DNA of 64,000 nt from Piedraia hortae CBS 480.64 (GCA_010093745.1 MU005969.1:62001-126000), one strand, 5' to 3'; counted from the stretch's first letter, positions 1 through 11,303 are shown. Program-made: numbers and translations. Notes: generated by a model from the letters alone, not told the origin.

Positions 1-591
1 GCGGCGTCGTTGAAGTTGCAGAAAGAGGCAAAGGGTTACTTAGACTCGCTGCGCGCGATGACGGCGTCGCAGATGCGCATTGCAGAGACGATTGATACCT
101 TTTACGGCGAGGCGGGCGCGCGGGACGGCGTCTCCCGGAGTTATAAACAGGCGGTTGAGGATCTGGATGCCGAGACGATCAAAGCCTTGGATGGGCCGTA
201 TCGGTAGGCGGGATCAAATCGTTGCAAGCTATGGCTAATGATTGTAGGACCACCGTCATTGACCCCATCAGCAGATTTTGCGCATATTTCCCCGACATTA
301 ACGAGTGTATGTGGATTGCGTTGATTAACAGGCAGGTACTGACAATCCAGGCATAAAAAAGCGCAACCACAAACTGCTCGACTACGACGCCATGCGCAGC
401 AAAGTGCGGAGGCTGGTGGACAAGCCCGACAAGGATGCATCCAAGCTGCCTCGCGCAGAAAAAGAATGCGAAATGGTGAGCAAGCCCCAGTCCACCTCCA
501 CCTCGTTTGATCTCCCCCCGTTGAGTCCGGACATGCAACATTCTTCAAGAGTGATGGAGTGGCTTGCGCCGTTGCGTGCACGCCAAGGAGG

Positions 592-634
<43 letters not shown>

Positions 635-1401
635 AATGCAACATCGCGTGCAAGAGCAGCGACAAACCCCGTGACGAGGGACTTTGCCACTGCGCCTGAT
701 AGCAAGAACCATCCAGCTTGGAAGAACCGAGCGGTAAGCATTACCATTCCGGGGGACAAAGAAGCGACGACGCTTCAGCGTGACATCCATCCAGCTTACA
801 GGTCTCCTGCATTCTGCATGTCAGACGAAGGCAACTCTTCAACAGAGCCGTCTTTGCCGCAGACGCCGGTATCGTATACCGGAAACCAAGCCAGGGACTC
901 GGGATCATTGCCCTCACTACCCTCATTCACATCAGGATCGTACACAGCAGAGCCGCACAGCTTCTTCGACTGGTCCAGCGACGAGAACCGCAAAAAGCAC
1001 AAGAAGGAAAAGCGATCAAAAGCTAACAAGATGTCGCAGGCCAAAGCAGGCTATGACCAACTGAACGACCAGCTAAGGAACGAGCTCCCGCAACTAATCG
1101 AACTGCGGTAAGCACATCCCACCCAACCCTGAAATTCACTAACAGAAAACCAGCGTTCCCTACCTCGACCCCACGTTCGAAGCCCTCGTCAAGATCCAAC
1201 TCCGCTTCTGTGCAGAGGCATACGGCCGCATGGCGCAGGTGCAGCAGTGCGTTTTTGACATTTTTCGAACATCACAACTAATTGCATAACAGATACCTAG
1301 ACGCATCAACCCGCGACCAGTACGCAAGCGGCGACCTCGACGCTAGAGTCGAAGACGTCCTCGGCCAGATCCGCGAGCTTAGCATTGCAGGGACAGTCTA
1401 G
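1..1401 (+). CDS. RVS161: Amphiphysin/BAR-domain protein Rvs161 (Hob3), 5'-truncated by the window
   Basis: Spliced reading LQKEAKGYLDSLRAMTASQMRIAETI...PYR/TTVIDPISRFCAYFPDINEC/IKKRNHKLLDYDAMRSKVRRLVDKPDKDASKLPRAEKECEM/AKAGYDQLNDQLRNELPQLIELR/VPYLDPTFEALVKIQLRFCAEAYGRMAQVQQ/YLDASTRDQYASGDLDARVEDVLGQIRELSIAGTV*. GT-AG introns at 204-247, 307-350, 476-1039, 1108-1153, 1247-1292. Confidence 0.95.
593..634 (+). repeat. (GAT)14 microsatellite inside the long RVS161 intron
   Basis: Read directly; encodes poly-Asp in the frame continuous with the flanking exons. Confidence 0.95.
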
Positions 1402-1510
1402 TAGCATTACAATGTATCATGATCCAACCAATTCCATCCGCTGTCCCATCAATCCCATCCTGCCAATGAAATTCCATCCCACCCAATCATCTCATCCTGC
1501 TCCCACCACC

Positions 1511-1511
<1 letters not shown>

Positions 1512-1546
<35 letters not shown>

Positions 1547-1555
1547 CCCCCCCCG
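1512..1555. repeat. Poly-C tract (~44 nt, one T interruption)
   Basis: Read directly, between the RVS161 stop and the NOP2 start. Confidence 0.95.
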
Positions 1556-1639
1556 CATGGCTTAGTAAGCACGGCCTCTCCCGCAAATCCACCTCGCCAA
1601 AATATTTTTTTTTTCCCGCGCAGCAGAGTATAGGGTACA

Positions 1640-3298
1640 ATGGCCCCCAGCCGTCGCATGCAGAAACAGCCCCCACCGGAGCCTCTTAGCACTGTCACAA
1701 AGGGGAAAAAACGCAAAGCAACCGCTCCTGCCGTTGGGAAGGGGGAGGGGAGGAAGAAGTTGAAGTCGAAACCTACATCTGCGCCGAATAGGAAAGACGT
1801 TGACTCAGATCTCGATCTTCCAGACGACGAGTTTGATGTAGAGGATGGGCTGGACGACACGTTTGAGGGGTTTAGCGACTCTGTCGATGGGGGGGATTCC
1901 GATGGAGGGGATGCCAATGACGGGGTGGATTTTGATAATGACGATGAAGAAGTAGACTCCGACGCAGAAGCCTTTGCCACTGCCCCCTCTCCTGAAGCAG
2001 AGCACCCCAGAAAACAAATCTTCTGGTCCGACGACGAAGAGGACGAAGACCTCCTCACGGCCGCAAATCTTGAGGGCCTCTCCGCGCGACGGGATAAACA
2101 GATCGCAGAAGAGGAAAAGGACGCAGAAGCGGAATTACACCAAACTGCAGCGCAAGCCGACCACGCAGCAGAAGAGCTCGGTGATGTGGGCGAGACGGCC
2201 GACCTCGCACTCCTTCGATCGAGGATCACAGAGACGGTGCGCATCTTGAGCAATTTCTCGGAACTGAGAAAAGAGGGGAAAAGTAGAGCCGAGTACGTCT
2301 CCTCTCTGTTGGAGGATATTTGTGGCTACTACGGCTACTCTCCCTTCCTGGCGGAGAAGTTGTTCTCTCTCTTCCCGCCTCAGGAGGCATTAGCCTTCTT
2401 CGACGCGAACGAGACGCCTCGCCCGGTTGTTATACGCACGAATACTCTCAAAACCAACCGACGGGCTCTCGCCCACGCGCTGATTAACCGCGGCGTGACC
2501 CTCGAGCCGGTGGGGAAGTGGACGAAAGTCGGATTACAAATCTTCGAATCGCAGGTCTCCATTGGGGCGACGCCCGAGTATTTGTGTGGGCACTACATGA
2601 TCCAAGGCGCCTCGTCGTTCTTGCCTGTTATTGCCCTCGCGCCGGAGGAGGGCGAGAGAGTGTTAGATATGGCTGCTGCACCGGGGGGTAAGACTACGCA
2701 TATTGCCGCGCTGATGAGGAATACCGGGTGTGTGTTTGCGAATGATGCTAACAGGGAGAGGGCGAAGGGGTTGTTGGGGAATGTGTATCGACTGGGGGCT
2801 AGGAATACGGTCGTGTGTGCGTATTCGGCGTTGGAGTTTCCGAGGGTGATGGGGGGGTTTGATCGTGTGTTGCTTGATGCGCCGTGTTCGGGGACGGGGG
2901 TTATTGCTAAAGATGCGAGTGTGAAGATGAATAGGGGCGAGGAGGATTTTCTGAGGCTGCCGCATTTGCAAAAGAGGTTGCTCCTGGCGGCGGTGGATTC
3001 GGTGGATCATGCGAGTAAAAAGGGGGGGATCGTGGTTTATTCGACTTGTTCGGTGGCGGTGGAGGAGAATGAACAGGTTGTGCAGTATGTGTTGGGGAAG
3101 AGGCCGAATGTGAAACTAGTCCCTACGGGACTGGGGTTTGGGAGGGAGGGCTTCACGAAATTCGAGAGGAAGAGGTTCCATTCTTCGATGAAGGAGACGA
3201 GGAGGTTTTATCCGCATGCACATAATGTGGATGGTTTTTTTGTGGCGAAGTTGAAGAAAATGGGGCCGTTTGTGGAGAAGAAGACTGTAGAGTTATAG
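1640..3298 (+). CDS. NOP2: 25S rRNA m5C methyltransferase Nop2 (NOL1/NOP2/Sun family)
   Basis: 552 aa ORF with acidic N-terminus, RTNTLKT, GATPEYL, VLDMAAAPGGKTT, FDRVLLDAPCSGTG, YSTCS, RFYPH..NVDGFFVAKLKK. Confidence 0.95.
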   Translation: MAPSRRMQKQPPPEPLSTVTKGKKRKATAPAVGKGEGRKKLKSKPTSAPNRKDVDSDLDLPDDEFDVEDGLDDTFEGFSDSVDGGDSDGGDANDGVDFDNDDEEVDSDAEAFATAPSPEAEHPRKQIFWSDDEEDEDLLTAANLEGLSARRDKQIAEEEKDAEAELHQTAAQADHAAEELGDVGETADLALLRSRITETVRILSNFSELRKEGKSRAEYVSSLLEDICGYYGYSPFLAEKLFSLFPPQEALAFFDANETPRPVVIRTNTLKTNRRALAHALINRGVTLEPVGKWTKVGLQIFESQVSIGATPEYLCGHYMIQGASSFLPVIALAPEEGERVLDMAAAPGGKTTHIAALMRNTGCVFANDANRERAKGLLGNVYRLGARNTVVCAYSALEFPRVMGGFDRVLLDAPCSGTGVIAKDASVKMNRGEEDFLRLPHLQKRLLLAAVDSVDHASKKGGIVVYSTCSVAVEENEQVVQYVLGKRPNVKLVPTGLGFGREGFTKFERKRFHSSMKETRRFYPHAHNVDGFFVAKLKKMGPFVEKKTVEL

Positions 3299-3847
3299 AC
3301 TGCTTTTGGGGGTTATGAAGAGGGCTTCGCCCTCGGCGCATACTCTTTCGTTTTGGATTACCCTCGCGGAGATCCATTCTTTTCGTCGTCCGGATCGTTT
3401 GGTGTATTTTGCTTCGACGAGGACGGCGCCTGGGGTGGTAACCGGGGCGAGGTATTTGACGTTGAGATAGGCGGTCATCCCGGCGGATGTTCCTGTCGGT
3501 TCGTTGACGGCCTGTAGGATCCCCATTGCTTCGTCGATCAGTGTGGCGGTTATCCCGCCGTGCAGGATGTTGGGGTGCCCGTTTAGTCCGTCTCCAATAC
3601 AGAAGAGGGTCGACACTTGATCGGTTTTGAGCTCGTCGTTGGAGACGGGCGTATAGAATGATATGGTGGCATTCAGGGTGTCAGGCGTGTTCAGCGTCAA
3701 GGCGTAGAGGGAGTCTTCGGTAGTGGGCTTTGGGTGTCGAGATGCAGAGGTGAAGTATTTGGTGATATTTGGTTGGGACTCGAGGAGTGTACGAGTCCAG
3801 GAGGTGGCAAGAAAGGGTTCTTTCATGGAGGACATGGTGGATGACAT
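3293..3847 (-). CDS. Hotdog-fold acyl-CoA thioesterase (PaaI/THEM4-like)
   Basis: 184 aa; GLNGHPNILHGGITATLIDEAMG and TAYLNVKYLAPVTTPG motifs. Confidence 0.85.
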   Translation of the reverse strand: MSSTMSSMKEPFLATSWTRTLLESQPNITKYFTSASRHPKPTTEDSLYALTLNTPDTLNATISFYTPVSNDELKTDQVSTLFCIGDGLNGHPNILHGGITATLIDEAMGILQAVNEPTGTSAGMTAYLNVKYLAPVTTPGAVLVEAKYTKRSGRRKEWISARVIQNERVCAEGEALFITPKSSL

Positions 3848-4419
3848 TGAGCCGAGGATGGGGGCTGAACAGCCCCGAGGGGTGGATACCGAACTTTCGA
3901 TGATTGATTTGATCGAACAGGAGACAAGGAATCAGGGCTAGACAAGGCTCGGTGCTTAAGGAACGCCTTTTAACAGTATGTATGATAGATTGAAACTGTG
4001 CTTGCTAGTGTATCGTCTGCAAAGCTGAGATTTGCACAACGTGAACTTAACTGCTACGACTATTGAACTACGAATGCTTTGCCTCGAGTAGACGTTCTAC
4101 AAGTTAGCTGCAAGTTTCGATCAAACGAGGCCTTTGGCCTACGGTGTGACGTTTGAGCAGGGTTTTGGGTGACCCAAGTTGGGCGGCCATGCTCGAGAGA
4201 GAGAAAGAGAGAGAGAGTCAATACAGTTCTCCGTAATCAACCCATGGATAACTTTAATGCTAGGTAATTCTCACAATACCTCAACTGATTCACAATCCCA
4301 CAAATCCATCTACTCGAACAACTGACGGTCAACAGTTGACAGCGATCACGTGTCTGACAGCGGCCCGCGCAACGCCAAATCCTCCCCCCCCCCAAAAAAA
4401 AAGTTCCTGAACGCGTCCG

Positions 4420-6138
4420 ATGCATCGCCTGCGGCCACCATTCTCCAATGGCTACATCTCCCATCAATGCCGGCATAGCCTCCATTCCCGGTGGAAGTCA
4501 TCAATACCCCAACCGGAATCCCAACAGAACAACGACATCCGCACCCTAAACATCAACACCCTCCACCTCCAATCTCTCCCCATCCCCCAACCCCCCGTTC
4601 CCCCCCTCCAATACGGCCTCAGCCGCGTATTGTTCAATCCAGGAATGTACCAACTCCAAGACCCGTACACCCGGGTCTACAATTTCGATCCTTACCTCCA
4701 ACAAATTATCCCCATCTCCGACTTCAACTTCTCTTCCTTAAAAGAATACAAAACCTCCTCCAAAGACGGAGCCCTCTCCGCCCTTGCCCGCTCCCAACAA
4801 AAGAAATACATCGGAAGCACATCCTCCATGACCTCATCCCTCTCCCACTTCCACTACCTCTTAAGCAACTGGCGACCCATAAACCTCAACATGCTCTCCC
4901 GAGGCTTTTCAGGTGACCAAACAATGTTCACCCTCATAAACCGTGCTCCGGCCGCAATCTTCCTCAAACACCAAGGAGAAGGACAATACGCAATCGACGC
5001 AGACAAAGAATTCGACGGCGCGACCGTGCTCATGATGCTGGGCAAAGCACTCGAAAAACTCCTCACCCTCCCAAAGGAGGAATACGAACGCTACCGCCGC
5101 GATAGCGACAATCCTATCAGCGAAACCGAGGCCGCTTCGCCGGAGAGTTACAACTACACCACCTTTGGGAATTTTTTGATGCGCTCGCAGCTTGATGCAT
5201 ACGACCCCCGCCTCCCTGGCACGGGCATGTTCGATATAAAAACCCGCGCGGTGCTGACTGTTAGACACGATGCCTCCAACCCTGAAAAAATGCTCGGTTA
5301 CGAGATTCAGAGGCTGCAGGGTGATTATGAGAGTGTGGAGAGGGAACATTATGATATGCTTCGCGCGACGACGCTGAAGTATTTGCTCCAGGCAAGGATG
5401 GGGCGGATGGATGGGATTTTCGTGGCGTATCATAATATTGAGCGGATTTTTGGGTTTCAGTATCTGAATATTTACGAGATGGATCGCGCGTTGCATGGGC
5501 AGATGCAGAGGTGTCTTGGGGATGGGGAGTTTATGGCTAGTTTGGGGTTGTATGATGATGTTCTTGAGAGGGCGACGGCGAGGTTTCCACATAGGCATTT
5601 GAGGGTGCATTTCGAGGCGGTTAGGGCGCCGACGACGATGTTGTGGGTGTTTGTGGAGCCGGTTAGCGAAGAGGAGATTGAGGTCATTCAGGGACCGAGT
5701 CGGAGGAGGCAGGTTCTATATGAGAGGAGGGTTATGGGGGTTGAAGGGGAGGGCGATGTGGTCGAGGAAGAGGAGCCTGGGGAGGAGACGACGGATAAGA
5801 AGAAGCCGCTTATGGTCATGACGCTGATTGTGGAGAATAAGGTGAATGGTGCTCCGTGTCCGGATAATAGGCCGGAGAATCTCCAACCGACGGATGAGTG
5901 GACGGTGGATTATATCCTGAAAGAAGTGACGAGTATTTCGGATGAGGCGAAATGGGAACTCTACGAACAGTGTAAAAAGAGGAGGAAGACGTATACGGAA
6001 AAGGTGCCGAATAGTAATGAGGATGGTGAGGTGAGTGGGTATATCGCCGTTTTACGCGCGTTGGCGGAGAAAGGGAGGAAGTATCGCCAGGAGATGGATG
6101 AGTTGGACAGAGGAAAGGAAAAGGTCGTCTATGTATGA
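4420..6138 (+). CDS. PET127: Mitochondrial RNA 5'-end processing protein Pet127
   Basis: 572 aa; LQYGLSRVLFNPGMYQLQDP..RVYNFDPYL, FLMRSQLDAYDPRLPGTGMFDIKTRAV, KYLLQARMGRMDGIFVAYHNIERIFGFQY; Arg/Ser-rich presequence-like N-terminus. Confidence 0.93.
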   Translation: MHRLRPPFSNGYISHQCRHSLHSRWKSSIPQPESQQNNDIRTLNINTLHLQSLPIPQPPVPPLQYGLSRVLFNPGMYQLQDPYTRVYNFDPYLQQIIPISDFNFSSLKEYKTSSKDGALSALARSQQKKYIGSTSSMTSSLSHFHYLLSNWRPINLNMLSRGFSGDQTMFTLINRAPAAIFLKHQGEGQYAIDADKEFDGATVLMMLGKALEKLLTLPKEEYERYRRDSDNPISETEAASPESYNYTTFGNFLMRSQLDAYDPRLPGTGMFDIKTRAVLTVRHDASNPEKMLGYEIQRLQGDYESVEREHYDMLRATTLKYLLQARMGRMDGIFVAYHNIERIFGFQYLNIYEMDRALHGQMQRCLGDGEFMASLGLYDDVLERATARFPHRHLRVHFEAVRAPTTMLWVFVEPVSEEEIEVIQGPSRRRQVLYERRVMGVEGEGDVVEEEEPGEETTDKKKPLMVMTLIVENKVNGAPCPDNRPENLQPTDEWTVDYILKEVTSISDEAKWELYEQCKKRRKTYTEKVPNSNEDGEVSGYIAVLRALAEKGRKYRQEMDELDRGKEKVVYV

Positions 6139-6146
6139 TATGTGTA

Positions 6147-6224
<78 letters not shown>
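6147..6224. repeat. (TAG)26 microsatellite
   Basis: Perfect trinucleotide run starting 8 nt after the PET127 stop, in the convergent PET127/ADE12 spacer. Confidence 0.97.
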
Positions 6225-6226
<2 letters not shown>

Positions 6227-6316
6227 ATTCATAGTATGATCATACGCTGTATCTTGTCAATGTGCACACAATTTTTGTATATGTACCCTTCATGTCATGA
6301 TGGTCTATGTCTCTAC

Positions 6317-7625
6317 TCACCGCACAATCATGCTCTCCTGTCCCGGACCGGTGCCAATGTACTTCACCCTCACGCCCAGCTTCGTCTCGATAAACTCAAC
6401 ATACTGCTTCGCATTGGGCGGCAGATGATCATACTCTGTCAGACCAATAGTCGATTGCTTCCAACCCGGGAGGGTCTCGTACTCGACTTGGACTTTCTCC
6501 AGCATGGACAAGTCAGCCGGGAGAGATACAAGCGTCTCCCCATCAAGACTATAAGAAGTCGCGATCTTGATCTCATTGAAGTCGTCGAGGACATCGAGTT
6601 TGGTAAGATTCAGCGAATCGTACCAGTTGATATCCTGGGAGAACTGCAAAACAACAAGATCTAGCCACCCACACCGACGTTTGCGACCGGTTGTGACGCC
6701 GAACTCCTTCCCAACCGTCTGCAGCTTCTCGCCTGTTTCGTTGAGCTGTTCGGAAGGAAACGGTCCGCCGCCGACTCGTGTCGTGTATGCTTTCACAACA
6801 CCAATGACCTCTTTGATATACTGCCGCTTCAGATTCAGACCGGTGAAGATGCCGCCCAGGCCCGTATTAGACGAAGTAACGTAGGGGTATGTCCCATTGT
6901 CAATGTCCAGCATAAGAGCGTTGGCACCCTCGACAAGCATCGGAATGTTTCCATCAACAGCGCTCTTTATCAGCGGCACTTGATCAACCACATACGGCTG
7001 CAGACGCTCGCGATAAGAGTCGAAGCGCGCAATCTCTTCGTCTGGATCATACTGCAGCAGATCCCCGTAGCGCTTCTTGAACCCTCGCGCGAGGTTGCGC
7101 AGCTTCTCGTCGAAGCGCTCTTTGTCAAAAATGTCGTGTACGCGGATGCCGCTTCGGGTCGCTTTGGTAGAATACGTAGGCCCAATGCCTTTGCCAGTGG
7201 TGCCGATCGAGGCGCGACCGAGCTCGACTTCCTCTAGTCCGTCTACTTTGCCGTGCAGGTCCAAGTCTACATGGCAGCGATCGCTGACGAGGATGCGATT
7301 GTGCGTGTTTATGCCGTGCTTCTCCAACGCTTCGACCTCTTGGAAGAAACCCGGGACGTAAAAGACGCAGCCGGTACCGATCAAATTGACGCATCCATCC
7401 GTCAGCGTTCCGGATGCTGTTTGCTGTCAGCATTGATCATTCACTGGATTGATGAAACGCACGCAAGATGTGCACATCAAACTTCTTCCCGTCCTTGACA
7501 ATGGTATGGCCGGCATTGTGTCCGCCTTGGGCGCGGCAGCACAGCTTCACGTCCTTGCTGAGCACATCGACGATTTTTCCTTTTCCTTCGTCACCCCACT
7601 GCGTGCCAAGGACTACCGTAGCCAT
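6317..7625 (-). CDS. ADE12: Adenylosuccinate synthetase
   Basis: [29 protein letters not shown], intron 7417-7462 (HIL/PSG), [36 protein letters not shown]. Confidence 0.97.
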
Positions 7626-7827
7626 GCTGTACAGAGCGTCTGTGGATAAGAATCGCAAGATGACGCCATTGACGATGGCGGCATCGGCTGCATGTGCCTG
7701 TTTTCGGCCCGGTCCTTTGACACTTCGGTCCGGACCTAAAACGTGGGGGGCCCCGCAATTTCAATCACGGGTTCCGTACCACCCCTGTCAGGATGAAAAT
7801 AGCTTGTTGATGGCATGTCCTATACAT

Positions 7828-8501
7828 CTACTCGTCCTTGACTCCGCCCCTTCGTGACCGTTCTGCCGTCTCCACGCTCTTCTTGTCCGTCTTGACATCG
7901 TTGGCGTTTTGGCCGACGAGACCCATCATGCCCGCGTTTGCCTTCCAGGGACGCTTCATATCGCCCGTAGCCGGCTGTCCAAGGACGTGAATCTTGACCA
8001 AGTTGCCCTCAATGGCGCCTTTCAACGGCAGGATGCTCTGGATAAGGAGTGGGTTGGTATACTTGAAGTAAAGGTGCATGACGCCAATCATGGCAACGCC
8101 CATGAGCTGGGCCTTGAAGAGGCCGCGGAGCTGTTGCAAGTCGTAGGCGTGGACAGTAGTCGTAATGGCCTTGGGCTCTTCGGTGCTGCCCATTGGCGCT
8201 GGTTCAACGTACTTTAGAATTGTCATATCTGCGGCTGTCAGCGATGAATCTTTGTATCAGGCAGCTTGGTACGCACCCCGCTTCTTGTCAATCTGGTACT
8301 TTGTGTACAGATACAACCCGGCGATGATCAGATTGCTGAGAATGTACAGGGCGCGAACGCCATTGAGTACATTGGGATCGTCAAACGGCACCTTTTTGCT
8401 CGCCTGCATCATCACCAGGATGACGATGAGGTTGGTTCTGTCGCGCGCATTAGCATATTGAACGACTACATTTCTGAGGCTTCCCACATTTGCGGATTCA
8501 T
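7828..8501 (-). CDS. PHO88: Pho88/Snd3 ER membrane protein
   Basis: MNPQI/TNLIVILVMMQASKKVPFDDP...LKYVEPAPMGS...MHLYFKYTNPLLIQSILPLKG...LVKIHV...GGVKDE*. Introns 8438-8487 and 8229-8276. Confidence 0.9.
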
Positions 8502-8655
8502 GGTTGATTACTGTAGCGCAGGTTTGAAGATCCGACCAAGACTATCCTTGTAGGTGCAACGTGTTTGGAAGAAATTGACCGGGAGCAGCCGCTGCGCCAA
8601 GGCCCTGTGGCTGAACAGACCAACGTGATTTCGTGAGGCTTCAGAATCTACTTAA

Positions 8656-10374
8656 CTACAGCTCCTTCCTATCGTGATTCAGTACCTTTCGTTCAATCGT
8701 CTTTCTCAACTCAGTCGCCTTGGGTCCGGGGGCAATATATCTCCTCCTCTTCACCTCCTCCAATACTTCGTCTACGATTTCATCGAGCTCTCGCCCCGGC
8801 TCGGATGGAACACCTAGCGTGGCACCTTGTAGGCTCTCCATGCTGTCTGACCGGTGCAGGTCTTTCTTATCGCTTTGTCTCGCCTTGACCTTGTGCATCA
8901 ACCAGGCCTTACCGGGTGATGCGAGGAAAGCTGATGAGATGGCAGTGCCGACGATGCAGTACATGTAATTGGCAGCCCATACATGGAGGCTGTCTCTGGC
9001 ATTGAGCAGCACAAACGGCGTAGTGGTAAAGCAAAAGGCCAGCTGAGTTACAATCCAGGTGAAGAAGTCGTAATATCGTTTGCTAGGCAATGGTTGCGTG
9101 CCGTCTGGCGTCATGAAGAAAGGTCGTAGCAAACGGCGTGCGTCTGGGAGATGTTAGAAAAGTCGTATACCAGCAATAGACGACTTACTCTTGGCCACAT
9201 TTTGGATGAAACTTGCCAGGATGAACGACATGTAGTAACCTGGATAGAAGCCGTGCCAGAAAGCACTGGTAACAAAAGTTGCCATGCTAGCCCTAAATCC
9301 TGGCTTATTGCCCGCCGGAGTAACTCTCAGGTAAACGTAATATTTAAGCCACCCGTTGGTGTTGATATTCCAGTTGCCAAGGTATGCGTGACTGTTCTGC
9401 GCAAATTCCACTCCAGCAGGTCTGATATTCGTAAGACGGCTCCAGTCTGCCCGTCCCGTCACCGGGTCCAGGCCTTTGTATCCTATCCCAGCAAGAATAC
9501 AAGCTCCCTCGGTAAGTGACCAAACGCCATAGTACTTCGTGCGTGCCAAGAGGTTCATCATATAGAGGTAGAAAACACGGAGAAGGATGTTCATATCCGT
9601 GTATTTTTTGCTCAATATGACAGCCGGGCTGAAATAAGGGCCAATGCGAATGAAAATCAGCAGCCAAAGCAAACCCTGAGCCATCTTCATCATGGCCGGC
9701 GTACCGCTCCGTGGAGTACGACGTCTCTTACGCGTTGGAGGAGCCTTGAACGGATCCGTTCCCGGTGGCAGAGAGAACATATCCAAAGTAAGCCATTTAT
9801 GATATTCCCCAAAATCAAAAGCCGGACCAGCCATGAGGGAAGGAAAGAACGCAACGAAACCAGCATAATCCAACGGACGCGGTAACTTCGTCAGCATCCC
9901 CGATTTCTGGGCCGCACTTAGCTCAGAAACCTTTCTTTTCCCATCAGCTACGTTCCAGCAAAACGCCGAGAGTTTCATGACCATGACCATCTGCGCCCCG
10001 CTGATGTCCACAGAGGTTGGCTTGTTCGCAAACTGACGCTGGAGATGGCTGACAGACATGTGGCCCATGAGAAAGCAAAACCCTATCCAGGGCATGTACG
10101 GGCCTTGAACGTAAGCTGCAATCAAGTACGCCCCCAATGCATCAAAAGCCATGGTAAAAAGCCCGGCCCAGAGGTCGAACATGCCGACCAGGAAGAAAAT
10201 GCTAGTGCATATGCTGAAGACATTTTTGAGGTCGGGGCGGTCTTCGGGGATGCGTTTCAACAGGCCGGCAAGAGGGTAGGAGAGGAGAAACACAAAGATG
10301 AGTTTCAATTCATCCGTTGCAGCTCCAGTGATTCCACTCAGGTAATCAAAGGGCACGTTGATGTAGGGTATCAT
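8656..10374 (-). CDS. ALE1: MBOAT-family lysophospholipid acyltransferase
   Basis: DISGAQMVMVMKLSAFCWNV.DG, GNWNINTN.WL..YVYLRV, TFVTSAFWHGFYPGYY (catalytic His); intron 9144-9188. Confidence 0.92.
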
Positions 10375-10640
10375 TTTTCTTCGTCTGCGGTTTATATCAT
10401 GTTATCGTACGCCCTCAATATCGGTCAAATTTTCAATGCGGTGTCAAGCGAGCACGGACGTTTTCACATGATGTCAATGTCCAACGACGGAGAAAATTGA
10501 AAGAGATTGGACATTGAAGCCAAGTAATCAGAATACACCGCCTTACCACTGCCTTCAGAGCACGACCACCTCCCCAAACTCCCAACCCCAAACACCTTTG
10601 CTCGAGTACTTTTACAAGGTAAGCCCATGATGCCAGCCAT

Positions 10641-11093
10641 TTATTCCCCACGAATCCGCCTCGCCAGTTGAATATCTTTTTGCATGATCGTTACACGCTT
10701 GGCATGGAGTGCGCATAGATTAGTGTCTTCAAAAAGATGCACCATGAACGCTTCCGTGGCCTCCTGCAGAGCCTGTATTGCTTGCGATTGCCATCTCTTC
10801 ACTTCCGCTGAAACAACCATGTTCATGCAAATCTCTCGCACCTATACAGTTAGAACATACCAGCCACGGGATTTTGATTGACTGACCAGTCGCGCAAATG
10901 GTAGCTTCGCCATGAGGAGGTCGGTGCTTTTCTGGTACCGTCTGATTTCGCGCAAGGCTACCGTTCCGGGCTTGTATCGCATCTTCTTCTTTTCTGGCTT
11001 GAGTAGAGATTTGCCGAAAATATTTGGTTTGGAGGAGCTGGGTGCGCTCTTGCCTCCCGTGCTTCGGCGCTGTTTCGTTGCAGTGGGCGCCAT
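10641..11093 (-). CDS. CSE4: Centromeric histone H3 variant (CenH3/CENP-A)
   Basis: Divergent N-tail plus histone fold [36 protein letters not shown]...[51 protein letters not shown] in RWQS and 'IMQKDIQ' are CenH3-type; intron 10842-10886. Confidence 0.9.
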
Positions 11094-11303
11094 GTTTTGG
11101 GTGTTTGTGATCAATTGTCGGTTTCGAGCATGTATCCTTGGGTTAATGACACTCTGGGATTGAATGCGCCCAATGTGTTGACTTGTCGCGCGCGTCGATT
11201 ATGTAAGCTGAGAAAGCTTAATGCGGATTTGACATGTGATTGGAGGACAGCTGTCACGTGCAGTTACGACAGCGTGGCAGTCTCCTTCCGCAAAGACGTC
11301 CCA

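Noticed and set aside
5816..6664. Poly-Tyr and poly-Val ORFs
   Set aside because: Translations of the (TAG)n microsatellite.
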